In this document: one piece after another, positions 10,563 to 20,775 of the stretch | How positions within the stretch are numbered: the stretch's first letter is position 1 | How the letters are laid out: each line of letters begins with the position of its first letter | NCBI GenBank assembly: GCA_016125225.1 | Contig: WGME01000019.1 | Location: forward strand, 60,162-124,161 | DNA from: a bacterium | GTDB taxonomy: Bacteria > Planctomycetota > Planctomycetia > Planctomycetales > Planctomycetaceae | Direction: 5' to 3' | DNA: 64,000 bases | Position numbers and translations under genes: made by a program | The notes under the pieces: model-generated | Seen by the model: only the letters and a program-made list of their open reading frames with translations | Database searches by the model: none | What the model was told of the DNA's origin: nothing

Positions 10563-10590
10563 ATTCTGTCTGTAACTTCATGAACAGAAT
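10563..10590. promoter_or_regulatory. Inverted repeat ATTCTGT-N14-ACAGAAT upstream of lexA (candidate operator)
   Basis: Read directly from the sequence. It lies about 195 nt upstream of the lexA ATG in an AT-enriched intergenic region. Confidence 0.3.
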
Positions 10591-10782
10591 CTCAACAGAC
10601 CACTTGTCGTCTAGACGGGTGTGAATTAGCATTTCCATGTAGTACCCAGCTCGAAAGAATGGAGCGTGCCGGGATCACGCTTAGGCTCGAGCGGACTTAA
10701 CAGGCTGGTTGTCAACGATCAGCCCATCGTCACGGAAGCGAGTGTCGCGGACTTTGATCCCGCGCGAAGTTCGGAGAAGTTC

Positions 10783-11379
10783 ATGTCGAAACCTGCCTTA
10801 ACTCAGCGTCAAAAAGAGATTTACGAATTCCTGCGCGACAAGATTGTGAATCGTGGCTACGGGCCGACCGTTCGCGAGATCGGTCTGCAATTCGGCATCC
10901 GTTCCCCGAACGGTGTGATGTGCCACCTGAAGGCCCTGGAGAAAAAGGGGCTGATCAGTCGTGAGTCGCACATGTCGCGAGCCATCCAACTGTCCAACCC
11001 CCCGCAACCCCGCTCCAGCTTGCCGTTGGCGGGCATCATCGCGGCCGGTCACCCTCTGCTCGCCATGCAGCAGGATGAACGGATCGACTTCAGCGGCCTG
11101 TTCAACTCGGAAGACCACGTTTGCCTGCGGGTGAAGGGGGACTCGATGATCGAGGACCACATCGCCGAGGGTGACTATGTGGTGGTCCGCAAGGGAGCCG
11201 AAGCCCGCGATGGCGACATTGTGGTCGCACGTGTTGATGGAGATGAAGCGACCCTCAAACGCTACTACCGCGAAACTCACCGCATCCGCCTCGAACCAGC
11301 CAACCAGGGGATGAAACCTATCTTCTCGACGAATGTCGATGTGGAAGGCGTGGTGGTCGGCGTGATCCGCCAGTACTGA
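10783..11379 (+). CDS. lexA: LexA repressor
   Basis: MSKPALTQRQKEIYEFLRDKIVNRGYGPTVREIG winged HTH; A-G cleavage region IIAAGHP; VKGDSMIEDHI (Ser nucleophile); ATLKRYY (Lys). The start is the ATG at 10783 within ORF 10666..11379. Confidence 0.92.
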   Translation: MSKPALTQRQKEIYEFLRDKIVNRGYGPTVREIGLQFGIRSPNGVMCHLKALEKKGLISRESHMSRAIQLSNPPQPRSSLPLAGIIAAGHPLLAMQQDERIDFSGLFNSEDHVCLRVKGDSMIEDHIAEGDYVVVRKGAEARDGDIVVARVDGDEATLKRYYRETHRIRLEPANQGMKPIFSTNVDVEGVVVGVIRQY

Positions 11380-11420
11380 GAGATCCGCTGACCCGTCGAT
11401 TTCGGACAGCGAATGAAAAC

Positions 11421-11454
11421 CAGAGGCCCGGCATCTTGCGATGCCGGGCCTCTG
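11421..11454. terminator. Bidirectional terminator hairpin between convergent lexA and the response regulator gene
   Basis: Perfect 15-bp stem CAGAGGCCCGGCATC-TTGC-GATGCCGGGCCTCTG. It is flanked by TCATTT on the plus strand and GTTTTCATT on the minus strand. Confidence 0.7.
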
Positions 11455-11491
11455 TCATTTGATCCGCAGTTCTGACCGCGACTGCTCTGAA

Positions 11492-12886
11492 TTATCCGGC
11501 TTTTTGCATGTCGGCATTCAGCTTGTTGTAGAGCGTTTTCAGGGCGATCCCCAACTCTGCCGCCGCCTTGGGTTTGTCACCTTTGTGCTTATCGAGCACC
11601 TGGTAGATGACATCCATTTCAATTTCGCGGAGCGTGCGGGCACTCGCAGGCAGGGCCACACCGGCGGGGGCATCTTTCTGAGCCATCGCCATCACTTTAC
11701 GGGTCACGCTGTTGGGCAGGTGTTCCGGCTGGATGATGCCCCCGTCCGCCAGGATGACCGCGTGTTCCAACGCGTTCGCCATTTCACGAACATTGCCCGA
11801 CCACTCGTATTCCTGCAGAACCTGAATGGTTTCCTGCGAGAAGGGTTCGCTGTTGGTATCGCGGTGTTTGCGATGTCGTGCCACCAGGGAGCGGGCGAGT
11901 TCCGGAATATCGGCTTTTCGCTCCCGCAACGCAGGGAGATGAATTTCAAAGGTGTTGATGCGGAAGAACAAATCTTCGCGGAACGTGCCCTCACGCACCA
12001 TCTGCTGCAAATCGCGATTGGTCGCACAGACCACGCGAACATCGACGTGAAAGGCTTCGCTTTCACCCACGCGGCGGACTTCGCCCGATTCCAGGAACCG
12101 CAGCAGCTTCACTTGCATTGACTTGTCGAGTTCACCGAGTTCGTCCAGAAACAGCGTGCCACCGTTCGCGACTTCGATGAGACCTTTGCGTGGTGTATCG
12201 GCACCCGTAAAAGCCCCTTTGCGATGGCCGAACAGTTCGCTTTCGACGAGGTTTTCAGGCAATGCGCCACAGTTGACCGCGACGAAGGCCATCTTTGATC
12301 GATGGCTCAAATCATGAATCCGTCGGGCGACCAATTCTTTTCCGGTCCCGGTTTCGCCGAGAATCAGCACACTGGAATCAGTCGGGGCGATCTTATCGAC
12401 CAGCGACTTCACCTTCAGCATTTCCGGTGTCCGACCAATCAGGTCGGGTGAACCTTCGACGGCTTTCAGGCGCGTTTCCAAGGCGATGGTTTTGTTGGTC
12501 AGGGTTCGCTTATCGGCAATCCGTTTCAGGACCGCAGCAATTTCGAAGAGCTTGCACGGCTTGGGGAGAAAGTCGTAAGCGCCGCGGCGGACCGCTTGAA
12601 TCGCCGCATCCATATCACCATGACCGGTGCTGATGACGACTTCCGTTTCCGGAGAGACTTTTTTGATATGGTCGATGACATCCCAGCCACTGGGACCGGG
12701 CATCCGCAGGTCCACAATTGCTGCATCGAAAGTTTGGGTTTCGAGCGTGCGTAAGGCCGCATGACCATCTTCGCAGATCGTCACATCATGCCCCATCCGC
12801 GGAAGTTCGATTTTCATCACTTCGCGGATGGCCGATTCATCATCGACGAAAAGCACGCGCAGGCGGTTCGACGTGGCAGCAGTCAA
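11492..12886 (-). CDS. Sigma-54-dependent response regulator (NtrC family: receiver + AAA+ + Fis-type HTH)
   Basis: Receiver domain VLFVDDE...[11 protein letters not shown]; [15 protein letters not shown]; [15 protein letters not shown]; C-terminal [16 protein letters not shown]. Confidence 0.9.
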   Translation of the reverse strand: MTAATSNRLRVLFVDDESAIREVMKIELPRMGHDVTICEDGHAALRTLETQTFDAAIVDLRMPGPSGWDVIDHIKKVSPETEVVISTGHGDMDAAIQAVRRGAYDFLPKPCKLFEIAAVLKRIADKRTLTNKTIALETRLKAVEGSPDLIGRTPEMLKVKSLVDKIAPTDSSVLILGETGTGKELVARRIHDLSHRSKMAFVAVNCGALPENLVESELFGHRKGAFTGADTPRKGLIEVANGGTLFLDELGELDKSMQVKLLRFLESGEVRRVGESEAFHVDVRVVCATNRDLQQMVREGTFREDLFFRINTFEIHLPALRERKADIPELARSLVARHRKHRDTNSEPFSQETIQVLQEYEWSGNVREMANALEHAVILADGGIIQPEHLPNSVTRKVMAMAQKDAPAGVALPASARTLREIEMDVIYQVLDKHKGDKPKAAAELGIALKTLYNKLNADMQKAG

Positions 12887-13017
12887 CGGGCAACCTCCTG
12901 GCCCCGGCTGAAGGCATCATGCCTCAGCAATCCATTTGGATATGCAGGGAATTTGATCATGCAAGGATTGGAAGGCGGGTCATATCAGATGGCAAAAATT
13001 GCCGCAATCCCGATTCA

Positions 13018-14574
13018 TCAGGCCGCAGATGACATGGCGGCCCTCCGTGGCAAATGAACTTCAAACGTGCTTCCCAGACCGGCCCCAGCGCTGCGTGGCA
13101 CAATGCGTCCTCCATGATCGGTGACGATGCGATGTACGATGGACAAACCCAGCCCCGTGCCGCGTCCTGAAGGTTTCGCGGTGAAGAAGGGTTCGAACAG
13201 ATTTTCCAGCACATGCGGCGTCATGCCGCAGCCGTTATCAGTAAAGGTCAGCACCACTTCATCGGCGAATTCGGCGACTCGGATTTCAAGCCGACCTGTC
13301 TCCGTCATCGATTCCAGGGCGTTCGCGACCAGGTTCAACACCACCTGCTTGATCTCGGACCCATTGACGGTGGCATAGATCGGCGTGTTCCGGTCGAACA
13401 CGATTTCATAGCCACGGAAGCGGCTCATATGGCTGACCATGTCAAGCACTTCACCAACGATCCGGGTCAAGTCCTGTGAGGTTTTGGGGGCGTCGTGTCC
13501 GCGCGAGAAATCGAGCAGACGCTGTGTGATCTGCTGGCAGCGGAAAGACTCGCGTTGAATCATGCTGAGGTACTGAGCCAGAACCCCGAGATCATCCGAC
13601 TGAATCCCCCCCTGCCCTTGTGCCTCTTGAATGCGGTACTCCAGCGACTCCGCCGCCATGGCGATCGCAGAAAGTGGGTTGTTGATTTCGTGGGCCACGC
13701 CGGCGGAAAGGAAGCCGACTCCCGCAAGCCGCTCGGAACGCAACGCCTGCTTGGTGCGCTCCCGAACTTCTTTATCGAGCTGGTCCCGAATCTCTTCGAA
13801 TCGGGCGGTCATCTGGTTGAACTTGTCTGCCAGTTGGGCCATTTCGTCGTCGCCACGAATCTGCATGCGATACGTGAAATCGCCCTGCGCCACGCGTGAA
13901 GCCCCCTGATGCAGTTCGCGAATGGGAGCAAAAATCCAACGATAACCGCAATTCACCACGCTGATGAACAAGGCCAATGCGGCGGCGGTCGACAAGACGA
14001 TCCACCAGAATCGCGATTTGTATATGGCTCGGGCTTCATCGAGCCGTGATTCCAGTCCCTGTCGCGAGCGCGGCAATTTGATGATCGTGTTCTGAATTTT
14101 GGCCAATTCCCCCTGCAACTGGCTGGTGGCTTGAAGCGAGGTGCCAGGATCACCGAGACGGGGCAGCACATCGTGCTGAATTTTTGTCAGGCTTTCGTTG
14201 ACCTGGAATAATAACGTATCGAGCAGCAACCGGCGGTCAGGCGGCAATGTTTCCCCGCTGATACGGAGCTGATACTGCCCGACGATCGCTTGCAGATCTT
14301 GAATCCGCTTTTGCGTTTCCAGTTGGCGGAACTGACGGGCTTGCGAAGTGTCGATTTCCTGCCAGCCCAGAGGCTCTTGAGCCGAACTGATGGCAAAGAG
14401 AACATCGTGCAGCCGTGGCGTTTGTGAAAACTCGTGATCAAGATCGCGAATGACGCTGCGGTAGGAAACGAGCCCGGAGAGGCCGCCAAACGCCTGCAAC
14501 CCGAGCATGGCCATCACTAAGGCCCCACTCCAGAAGAGCTTGCGGCGAATCGAGCGCAGGCGAAACACGTCCAC
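13018..14574 (-). CDS. Sensor histidine kinase with HAMP domain (partner of the NtrC-type regulator)
   Basis: Two TM segments, a HAMP region, the H-box AGVAHEINNPLSAI, and the ATPase motifs NLVANALES, DNGCGM and GTGLGLSIV. Confidence 0.9.
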   Translation of the reverse strand: MDVFRLRSIRRKLFWSGALVMAMLGLQAFGGLSGLVSYRSVIRDLDHEFSQTPRLHDVLFAISSAQEPLGWQEIDTSQARQFRQLETQKRIQDLQAIVGQYQLRISGETLPPDRRLLLDTLLFQVNESLTKIQHDVLPRLGDPGTSLQATSQLQGELAKIQNTIIKLPRSRQGLESRLDEARAIYKSRFWWIVLSTAAALALFISVVNCGYRWIFAPIRELHQGASRVAQGDFTYRMQIRGDDEMAQLADKFNQMTARFEEIRDQLDKEVRERTKQALRSERLAGVGFLSAGVAHEINNPLSAIAMAAESLEYRIQEAQGQGGIQSDDLGVLAQYLSMIQRESFRCQQITQRLLDFSRGHDAPKTSQDLTRIVGEVLDMVSHMSRFRGYEIVFDRNTPIYATVNGSEIKQVVLNLVANALESMTETGRLEIRVAEFADEVVLTFTDNGCGMTPHVLENLFEPFFTAKPSGRGTGLGLSIVHRIVTDHGGRIVPRSAGAGLGSTFEVHLPRRAAMSSAA

Positions 14575-14871
14575 GTCCTTGTGGTTGAAGAGTGCAATCC
14601 TTTGCCTGATCTTCAGAGATTATGGGTTGTAACTTTTACAGCGCGATGTGTCAAATGCGATTTTTGCGGCGAAATTTGCTCCGAGCTCGATTTGCTGGAC
14701 CAATTCAACTCCGCAGACTGAACGATTGTCGCTGCGGATCTCGTCGATACTCTGGCGAATCGCACCCAATTTCGGTATCCCTACCGTGCGGAAGCAGCTT
14801 TGGACTCCCATCGTCGTGGTGTCCGTCGGTGGTTCCCCCTCGTTTGTCCGCCTGCACTCAGAAAGTCTGGT

Positions 14872-15243
14872 ATGTCTGTTCGTGGAATTCGCGGTGCCAC
14901 CAGCGTCGTGGAAGATCGTGCGGAATTGATTCTGGCAGCGACACGCGAACTGCTGCAGGAACTGTTGCGGTTGAACGCGATTCTCGAATTTGAAGAAGTC
15001 GTCTCCGCGATCTTTACCACCACGACCGATCTGACTTCCACGTTCCCGGCAGAGGCGGCTCGGGGATTAGGAATGACGCAGGTGCCGCTCCTGTGCGCCT
15101 CGGAAATTGCCGTGCCGAACAGCCTGCCCCGGTGCATTCGGGTGCTGTTGCATGTGAATACGACCAAATCACAGTCGGAAATGGTGCATGTGTATCTGCA
15201 CGATGCCAAGCGGCTGCGCCCTGATGTGCAGAGCGCCCAGTAG
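14872..15243 (+). CDS. aroH: Chorismate mutase, AroH class
   Basis: [32 protein letters not shown]...[15 protein letters not shown] is the typical AroH signature. The start is the ATG at 14872. Confidence 0.85.
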   Translation: MSVRGIRGATSVVEDRAELILAATRELLQELLRLNAILEFEEVVSAIFTTTTDLTSTFPAEAARGLGMTQVPLLCASEIAVPNSLPRCIRVLLHVNTTKSQSEMVHVYLHDAKRLRPDVQSAQ

Positions 15244-15269
15244 CCAACCGCTCTGCTGAACCGCCTGGT

Positions 15270-16070
15270 CTAATACCCGACGATGGCGTCGCTGGTGTTC
15301 CATTCGAGTTGCTCATCGCTGCCGCTGGGCCCTCCCTCGACAAACGGCACGCCGAGTTCATCGAGAGGGATGCCAAGATCCGCAAACGGGTCGAGCAGGA
15401 ATTCCGCGGGCATCACTTCTTTGAGCCATTTCGCGTGGCGTTGGACAAATTTGATATTGGATTCCGGGATTTCCAGAAAGCGGCGTGAACGTTCAATGCG
15501 ATGCAGCCAGATGGCGTCGTCCAGAATGCGGTATTGATCTTCCAGGGACAGCGAAGCAAACAGGCGATGATCGTGTTCGAGTTGCTGAGCCACGCGGTTA
15601 CCCCGCTCCCGGTTGCGTTGAAAGAGGCCTTCATCAACGACATTGGCTCGCCGCATCGCCGTGCCGATCGTGAAGATCAATCCATGAAACTGGTCTTCCG
15701 TCAGTTGTTCGCGGCGCAGTAACCGCGAGAGCTGATGCAGCGAAGAAAGATCGAGGTGTTGTTGCTTGGTATCCCAGGCGGCTTCGATCCGTCGACGTTC
15801 TTCTGCCGCCAGTTCATTAACCGGCAGAGTACGGGCGAGTTGCCAATTGGGTAACGGGGGAAAAAACGAGGGCAATTCCCGCAGTTTTGGTTCGGGCAGG
15901 TCGTTGACAATGCGCTCGAACTTTTCCCAATCACTACGGTAGAGGGGTTCTTCGGGCCGTTTGATTTCGAGCGAAACGACTTCTTCTTCCAGGCAACCAC
16001 TGAGCATGCAGAGGGATGCCAGTGCCACGACCCTGCAGAGATGGCAGTGGATACGGATTGTAACGATCAT
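15270..16070 (-). CDS. Hypothetical lipoprotein
   Basis: Signal peptide with lipobox ...LASLCMLSGC. No recognisable domain. Confidence 0.55.
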   Translation of the reverse strand: MIVTIRIHCHLCRVVALASLCMLSGCLEEEVVSLEIKRPEEPLYRSDWEKFERIVNDLPEPKLRELPSFFPPLPNWQLARTLPVNELAAEERRRIEAAWDTKQQHLDLSSLHQLSRLLRREQLTEDQFHGLIFTIGTAMRRANVVDEGLFQRNRERGNRVAQQLEHDHRLFASLSLEDQYRILDDAIWLHRIERSRRFLEIPESNIKFVQRHAKWLKEVMPAEFLLDPFADLGIPLDELGVPFVEGGPSGSDEQLEWNTSDAIVGY

Positions 16071-16236
16071 AACCAGCGAATCTCAGTCCCGAACAGCACG
16101 CGACTCCGCTAAAGAATCGGACGTTTTTTCGTCGAAGTCGGCCAGGATGCGACCGACTTCGACGATTCGCGCTGATCGTCCGCTGGCTGTAACGGTCGCG
16201 ATTGCTGTAAGAGCCGCTCGCTCTCGATTCACTGGC

Positions 16237-17772
16237 TCAACTCGGCGCTGAGAGGTGAAATCCCCCGATGCGATGGATGGTGCAAGCGGCGGCTCCCATC
16301 TGCAACAGCAGCCAGAAGCACCACCAATGCCACGGGCGGAACCGGGATGAGTCCAGGTTTGCAGGTGCCCATGCCAGTCCGTGAGCGGCCAGCCAGACAA
16401 CGCCCGGCATTATTACCAGCCACAGTCGGGCAGCCTCGCCGGAATTCTTGCCGGTGATCCACAAGAGCGACCAGACACCGGCACCGATCAGCGTGGCATC
16501 ACGGAGCATGGTCCGGCCGGAACCTGCTCGCAGATTCTGAAGGCCGCCGCACACTGCCAGCAACAACAGGGGCCAGCCAACCGCACAACCAAGTTCGATC
16601 GGGTTTACCAATAACCATTTCCACCACGTGCGGGGGTACTGGGCATAAAAGCCCGCGTGGTTGTGATAGTTCCACCACCAGATGCGGGGCATCACGATGC
16701 CACTCAGCATGTACAGCACCACGCACGGAATTACGAAGCCAAGAGCCAGGCCCGAGATCCAGAGTGCGGCCTGTCGTCCGTGTGGTCTCTTGTGCAGAAA
16801 GTCCGTAGCGATCAACAGTCCCATGAACAGCAGCACAGGAAGTAACGCCAGACTGCACATCAGTCCGCACCATAAGGTCAGCCCTGCCAGTGCCGCTCTC
16901 CACCAGGATGTCTGCCGCCACGCACTCCAGCTCAACCAGACGAACAGCGTTGCCAGGCATGGGTAAACCACGTCCGACTTTGGTTGAAAGATCGCGACCG
17001 CCGGAACCAACGGCCACAGGGCGGCTCCAAACCAGGCCATCCTGCGGTCTAGTGTTCTCCGCAGCAGGCCATACAACGGAAGCACGGTTCCCACCGCGCA
17101 TATCAGTACGGATGCCGTTGCCAGCCATAAGATGAGTTCATCGGCAGGCACGGTCGGATGTATGGTGCGGCTGGTATTTTCTCGCACGATGGCGAACGCA
17201 TCGCGGAACGTCTCGGGCATGGTTGGTTGCAGTGTCTGCAACAGCCCGGGATAGCGGTCCGACAGATCGATCAGTCCGTAGAAGACCAGAAACAACCCCG
17301 GCGGATGTGTACCCACATGCAACACATCCCGTTCCGACATCAGCGTTTCATACTCGGTCAGAAATTTGCCGACCGGCTGCCCGTCGTACCGGGCTTTGTA
17401 GAAGTAGCCTGAAGAACTTGGGTAGTAGAGGACGAACGGGGCTTTGGCCCACTGCCCTGCCGTGGGGGCCGAGTCTTGCACTTGCCACAACCAGAAAGCG
17501 GCGACGGCCATGAGTCCGCACAGCCAACCCGCCAGTTCGGCACGATGAATGGTTGTCCGTGCCAACCGTCGTCCGCCGAAGAGGACAAACGCGACATAGC
17601 CCCCGCCGCAGATCCATGCCAGTTGCAGGTTTCCCAACGAGATATCATCGCGTGGCAACCGGGGCCAGGTCCATTCTCCGGGAATACCCAAGGGGAGCTC
17701 GGTGAGCCAGAAAACATAGACGGATAGAGTTGTGGCAACCAGACCGGCAGCCATCCAGGCAAGTCTGTGCAT
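16237..17772 (-). CDS. Hypothetical polytopic integral membrane protein
   Basis: 511 aa with at least 10 hydrophobic, Trp-rich segments. Family not recognised. Confidence 0.6.
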   Translation of the reverse strand: MHRLAWMAAGLVATTLSVYVFWLTELPLGIPGEWTWPRLPRDDISLGNLQLAWICGGGYVAFVLFGGRRLARTTIHRAELAGWLCGLMAVAAFWLWQVQDSAPTAGQWAKAPFVLYYPSSSGYFYKARYDGQPVGKFLTEYETLMSERDVLHVGTHPPGLFLVFYGLIDLSDRYPGLLQTLQPTMPETFRDAFAIVRENTSRTIHPTVPADELILWLATASVLICAVGTVLPLYGLLRRTLDRRMAWFGAALWPLVPAVAIFQPKSDVVYPCLATLFVWLSWSAWRQTSWWRAALAGLTLWCGLMCSLALLPVLLFMGLLIATDFLHKRPHGRQAALWISGLALGFVIPCVVLYMLSGIVMPRIWWWNYHNHAGFYAQYPRTWWKWLLVNPIELGCAVGWPLLLLAVCGGLQNLRAGSGRTMLRDATLIGAGVWSLLWITGKNSGEAARLWLVIMPGVVWLAAHGLAWAPANLDSSRFRPWHWWCFWLLLQMGAAACTIHRIGGFHLSAPS

Positions 17773-17886
17773 AGCCCTCTCACTTGTCGACCATCAGTGA
17801 CCCGCGTGCCAAGAGCTGTTCCATTCAGATCTTATCCTGCGAACCGCATGGCCATGGTCTGGCATTTCTGAACACCGGGAACGCAA

Positions 17887-17917
17887 CGAGCCGGAAGGGA
17901 CCAGGCCTTCCGGCTCG
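17887..17917 (-). terminator. Terminator-like hairpin downstream of the metalloprotease gene
   Basis: CGAGCCGGAAGG-GACCAGG-CCTTCCGGCTCG, a perfect 12-bp stem with no clear U-tract. Confidence 0.45.
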
Positions 17918-17952
17918 CAACAGTCTGGCAGATGCCCAGCAGAGAACCAACC

Positions 17953-20571
17953 TCAGTTGATGGAATTCACGGTCAACTGAGCCGACAGAACCTGATCAAT
18001 GCGCGTCTGCAGATCGGTCAGGTGAGCTCGGGAATACTCATCCAGCTTCAGGTCTTCCTTGGCGAGTGCCGCGGCAATCTTGCCCTTCAGCTGTTGGAGG
18101 TGCATCCGCGACAGTACCTCAGCATCTTTCGGAGCCCCGGAGCCGCCCAGACCCAGAATGATGAACCCACCGGATGTGCCCGGCTTGGCAACCATTCCGG
18201 CCAGTTCCTGCAAGGCGGTCCGTTGCAGATTGCGTCGGAAGCTGGCGATGAACGGCTTACGATTGGTAAATTCCGCCGCACTCGGAGCATTCAACTCACC
18301 GAAGACCCCATCGACCACCAGCCGCATGTGTTCAGCAAGAGTGTAGGCATCCTGATCGGCGGCGACTTTTAACTCGCCATCCTGAATCCGTTCCAAGGTG
18401 TCGCTGTCGAGTAGCTGCATCAGGACCTGATCCTGGAATTGGCTGATAATGCTGTGGATGGGGTAGTCAATGCGGCTGGTTAACCGCAAGCCCCATTGAT
18501 ACCACCGCGTGGATGCCAGCGAGTTCAGCAACTGCGGATCGTAATTCGGAGCGGTGAAGGCTGCCTCGGCCATCAGCTTCATCGCGGCCCGCTGTTGAGC
18601 CGGGTCGATCGACTGGAAGGGTTTACGGCCATTGGGGTCACCCTTGTGATCGCGATGCACCGAAACACCACCCGGCAACCGCGAGGCAAAGCTGACCGTC
18701 CGCCAGTATTCGCTCAGCAGAATCCCGAAGGCTTGCCGTGCCCGTTGATACCCTTCGCCGTCTTTGACAGTTCGATCCAGAATCTTCGGCATGAGTTCGG
18801 AAACGGATTTGATCTGCCGATGGGCATAAGCAATGGGGTCTTTCCCCAGATCGAAACGGTTGGACAGCGGATCGGGATCGTATGACCGAGTATCTTCGTC
18901 CGTGGCGTAATCCAAACCGGGTTCAGCCGACCGTGAGGCGATCTTGGCCAATTCCGCGTTCTCGTCGCCACTGATTTCCTTGTACCCATATTCAATTGCC
19001 CAGATGTCGTACGGACCAATAGTGTCGGTGTAATACGACGTTTGCTTGGTGCCCGAGGGGTTGAAGTTGACCGGGCTGTAATCCATGACGCTCGCGACGA
19101 TGGGTTCATGCGCGGGACGGTTCGGGTCCTGGATTTCTTCCAGCGTTTTCCACGTAGAGGCTTTGAAGTTGTGGCGTAACCCCAAGGTATGGCCCACCTC
19201 ATGCATCACCACTTCTTTCAAGGCTTGCGAGACGAATTCCGGTGGCAACTCGCCTTTGGCATCCGTCAGTCCCGCGGCTGCCATGGCGGCAGCGGCAAAT
19301 CCCATCTGATGCTGCATGCCCATCGACAACTGACAGATCGCCGCACCATCCCCCTGCTGGAAGGGCAAGGGTTGCAGACCCGGCTGTTCATAACCCGGCA
19401 CGATCAACGCGGCCACGGTCTCGGGTGAGAAGTTTTCGTATTCATGTCGCCATGACCGTAAGAAGCTGGCATCGAAGATGATGTCGGCATCGAGAATCTG
19501 GCCGGTCATTGGATTCACACGCGAAGGTCCCATGGCAAAGCCGGCTTCGGCCGTAATCCAGCGGAACGTGTTGTAATTCACATCTTCCGGGTCCCAGTCA
19601 TCGTCGTCACGTTGCTGGCGGACTTCGATCGCGTTCGCAAAACCGATCTTCTCATAGGCTTTGTTCCACTCTTCAATTCCGGCCCGTACCACCGGACGCA
19701 AACCAATCGGCACGGTCTTTTCCAGGTAGAAAATGATCGGCTCTTTAGGGGGAGACAACGGGGCCTTCGGGTCTGCCTTCTGCAGGTCCCAACGGGTGAT
19801 GTAGCGGACGAAGTTCTGATCGTCGGAAGGATCGCTGAAGTCTTTCGTGACTGCCATGAAATAGCCGACACGGTCATCGGCTTTGCGTGTGCGATACCCC
19901 GTGGAGGGCAACATACTGATGCTGTAGTGCACCTGCACCTGCATGCCGCGCGGGTCGGGAACCGTGTCGAGCGACGAGTTTGGATTGCCCTGATAGACCG
20001 CTGCGACCTGCAATTGGATGTTCCGTTCAAAGGCTTTCACTTTATCGATGGTGGATCGGTCCATGACAAAGCTCGCGCCCAAGAAGCGACCAATCTGTTC
20101 GTCGTCGCTCATGAAAATGCGGGTCATGTCAACGAGATGGCCCCCGGGCGAATCCGTGACAATCGGCAACGCATACAGCACGCTGTCAGTGTAGGCCAGC
20201 TTCACGGCATTGGCTTCGGGACTGCCCGGTCGCGCTTTGAAGCGGACGTTCTTCCGGAGCACATGGACCTTGTCGCCCACTTTGCGGAAGTTCCAGATGA
20301 CATCGTCGCCCCAGGTCATCCCGCCGATGATGTTATTGCTGCTCACGCCTTTGGCGATGGCGGTGAGAATGAGAAAGTCTTTGTTGAACTGCGACTGCTT
20401 CAGGTCGACCAGAACCTTTTGTTCCTTGTAGTAGACCGTCCACATCCCTTCCGTCTTTTTCATGTCTTTGACGGCTTCGTCAAACTTGGAAGGAGTCGAG
20501 GTTTGTGCCCATGCTGACGACACGCTGGTGGCCAACAGCAGTGCCGATGAAAGCAGCCATCGGTATGACAT
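17953..20571 (-). CDS. Secreted zinc metalloprotease (HEXXH...; DUF4953/DUF5117-like architecture)
   Basis: MSYRWLLSSALLLATSVSSAWAQ signal peptide; VMHEVGHTLGLRHNF zinc site. The start is placed at the internal ATG (cat 20569-20571). Confidence 0.8.
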   Translation of the reverse strand: MSYRWLLSSALLLATSVSSAWAQTSTPSKFDEAVKDMKKTEGMWTVYYKEQKVLVDLKQSQFNKDFLILTAIAKGVSSNNIIGGMTWGDDVIWNFRKVGDKVHVLRKNVRFKARPGSPEANAVKLAYTDSVLYALPIVTDSPGGHLVDMTRIFMSDDEQIGRFLGASFVMDRSTIDKVKAFERNIQLQVAAVYQGNPNSSLDTVPDPRGMQVQVHYSISMLPSTGYRTRKADDRVGYFMAVTKDFSDPSDDQNFVRYITRWDLQKADPKAPLSPPKEPIIFYLEKTVPIGLRPVVRAGIEEWNKAYEKIGFANAIEVRQQRDDDDWDPEDVNYNTFRWITAEAGFAMGPSRVNPMTGQILDADIIFDASFLRSWRHEYENFSPETVAALIVPGYEQPGLQPLPFQQGDGAAICQLSMGMQHQMGFAAAAMAAAGLTDAKGELPPEFVSQALKEVVMHEVGHTLGLRHNFKASTWKTLEEIQDPNRPAHEPIVASVMDYSPVNFNPSGTKQTSYYTDTIGPYDIWAIEYGYKEISGDENAELAKIASRSAEPGLDYATDEDTRSYDPDPLSNRFDLGKDPIAYAHRQIKSVSELMPKILDRTVKDGEGYQRARQAFGILLSEYWRTVSFASRLPGGVSVHRDHKGDPNGRKPFQSIDPAQQRAAMKLMAEAAFTAPNYDPQLLNSLASTRWYQWGLRLTSRIDYPIHSIISQFQDQVLMQLLDSDTLERIQDGELKVAADQDAYTLAEHMRLVVDGVFGELNAPSAAEFTNRKPFIASFRRNLQRTALQELAGMVAKPGTSGGFIILGLGGSGAPKDAEVLSRMHLQQLKGKIAAALAKEDLKLDEYSRAHLTDLQTRIDQVLSAQLTVNSIN

Positions 20572-20775
20572 AGAGAAACCTTTGATGCCGGTTTTGCGGA
20601 TTAGATCGATCGCGGCGAGCCGGAAGACTGTTACGCGGCCGAACAATCAATTATGGCATCGACTAGCCCAACTTTGCACCAGTCAGTTTAAGAAAATCAG
20701 CGAGCCTGGGGCGATTTTGTGGAGGCTGCTGATCAGGCATGGCAGGCGGGGGGAGAACCGCCGATTTGTCGTGAT

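Noticed and set aside
10378-10638. 86-aa minus-strand ORF in the AT-rich lexA upstream region
   Set aside because: Its composition is basic and Cys-rich with low complexity, and it spans a terminator and palindromes. It is most likely non-coding regulatory DNA.
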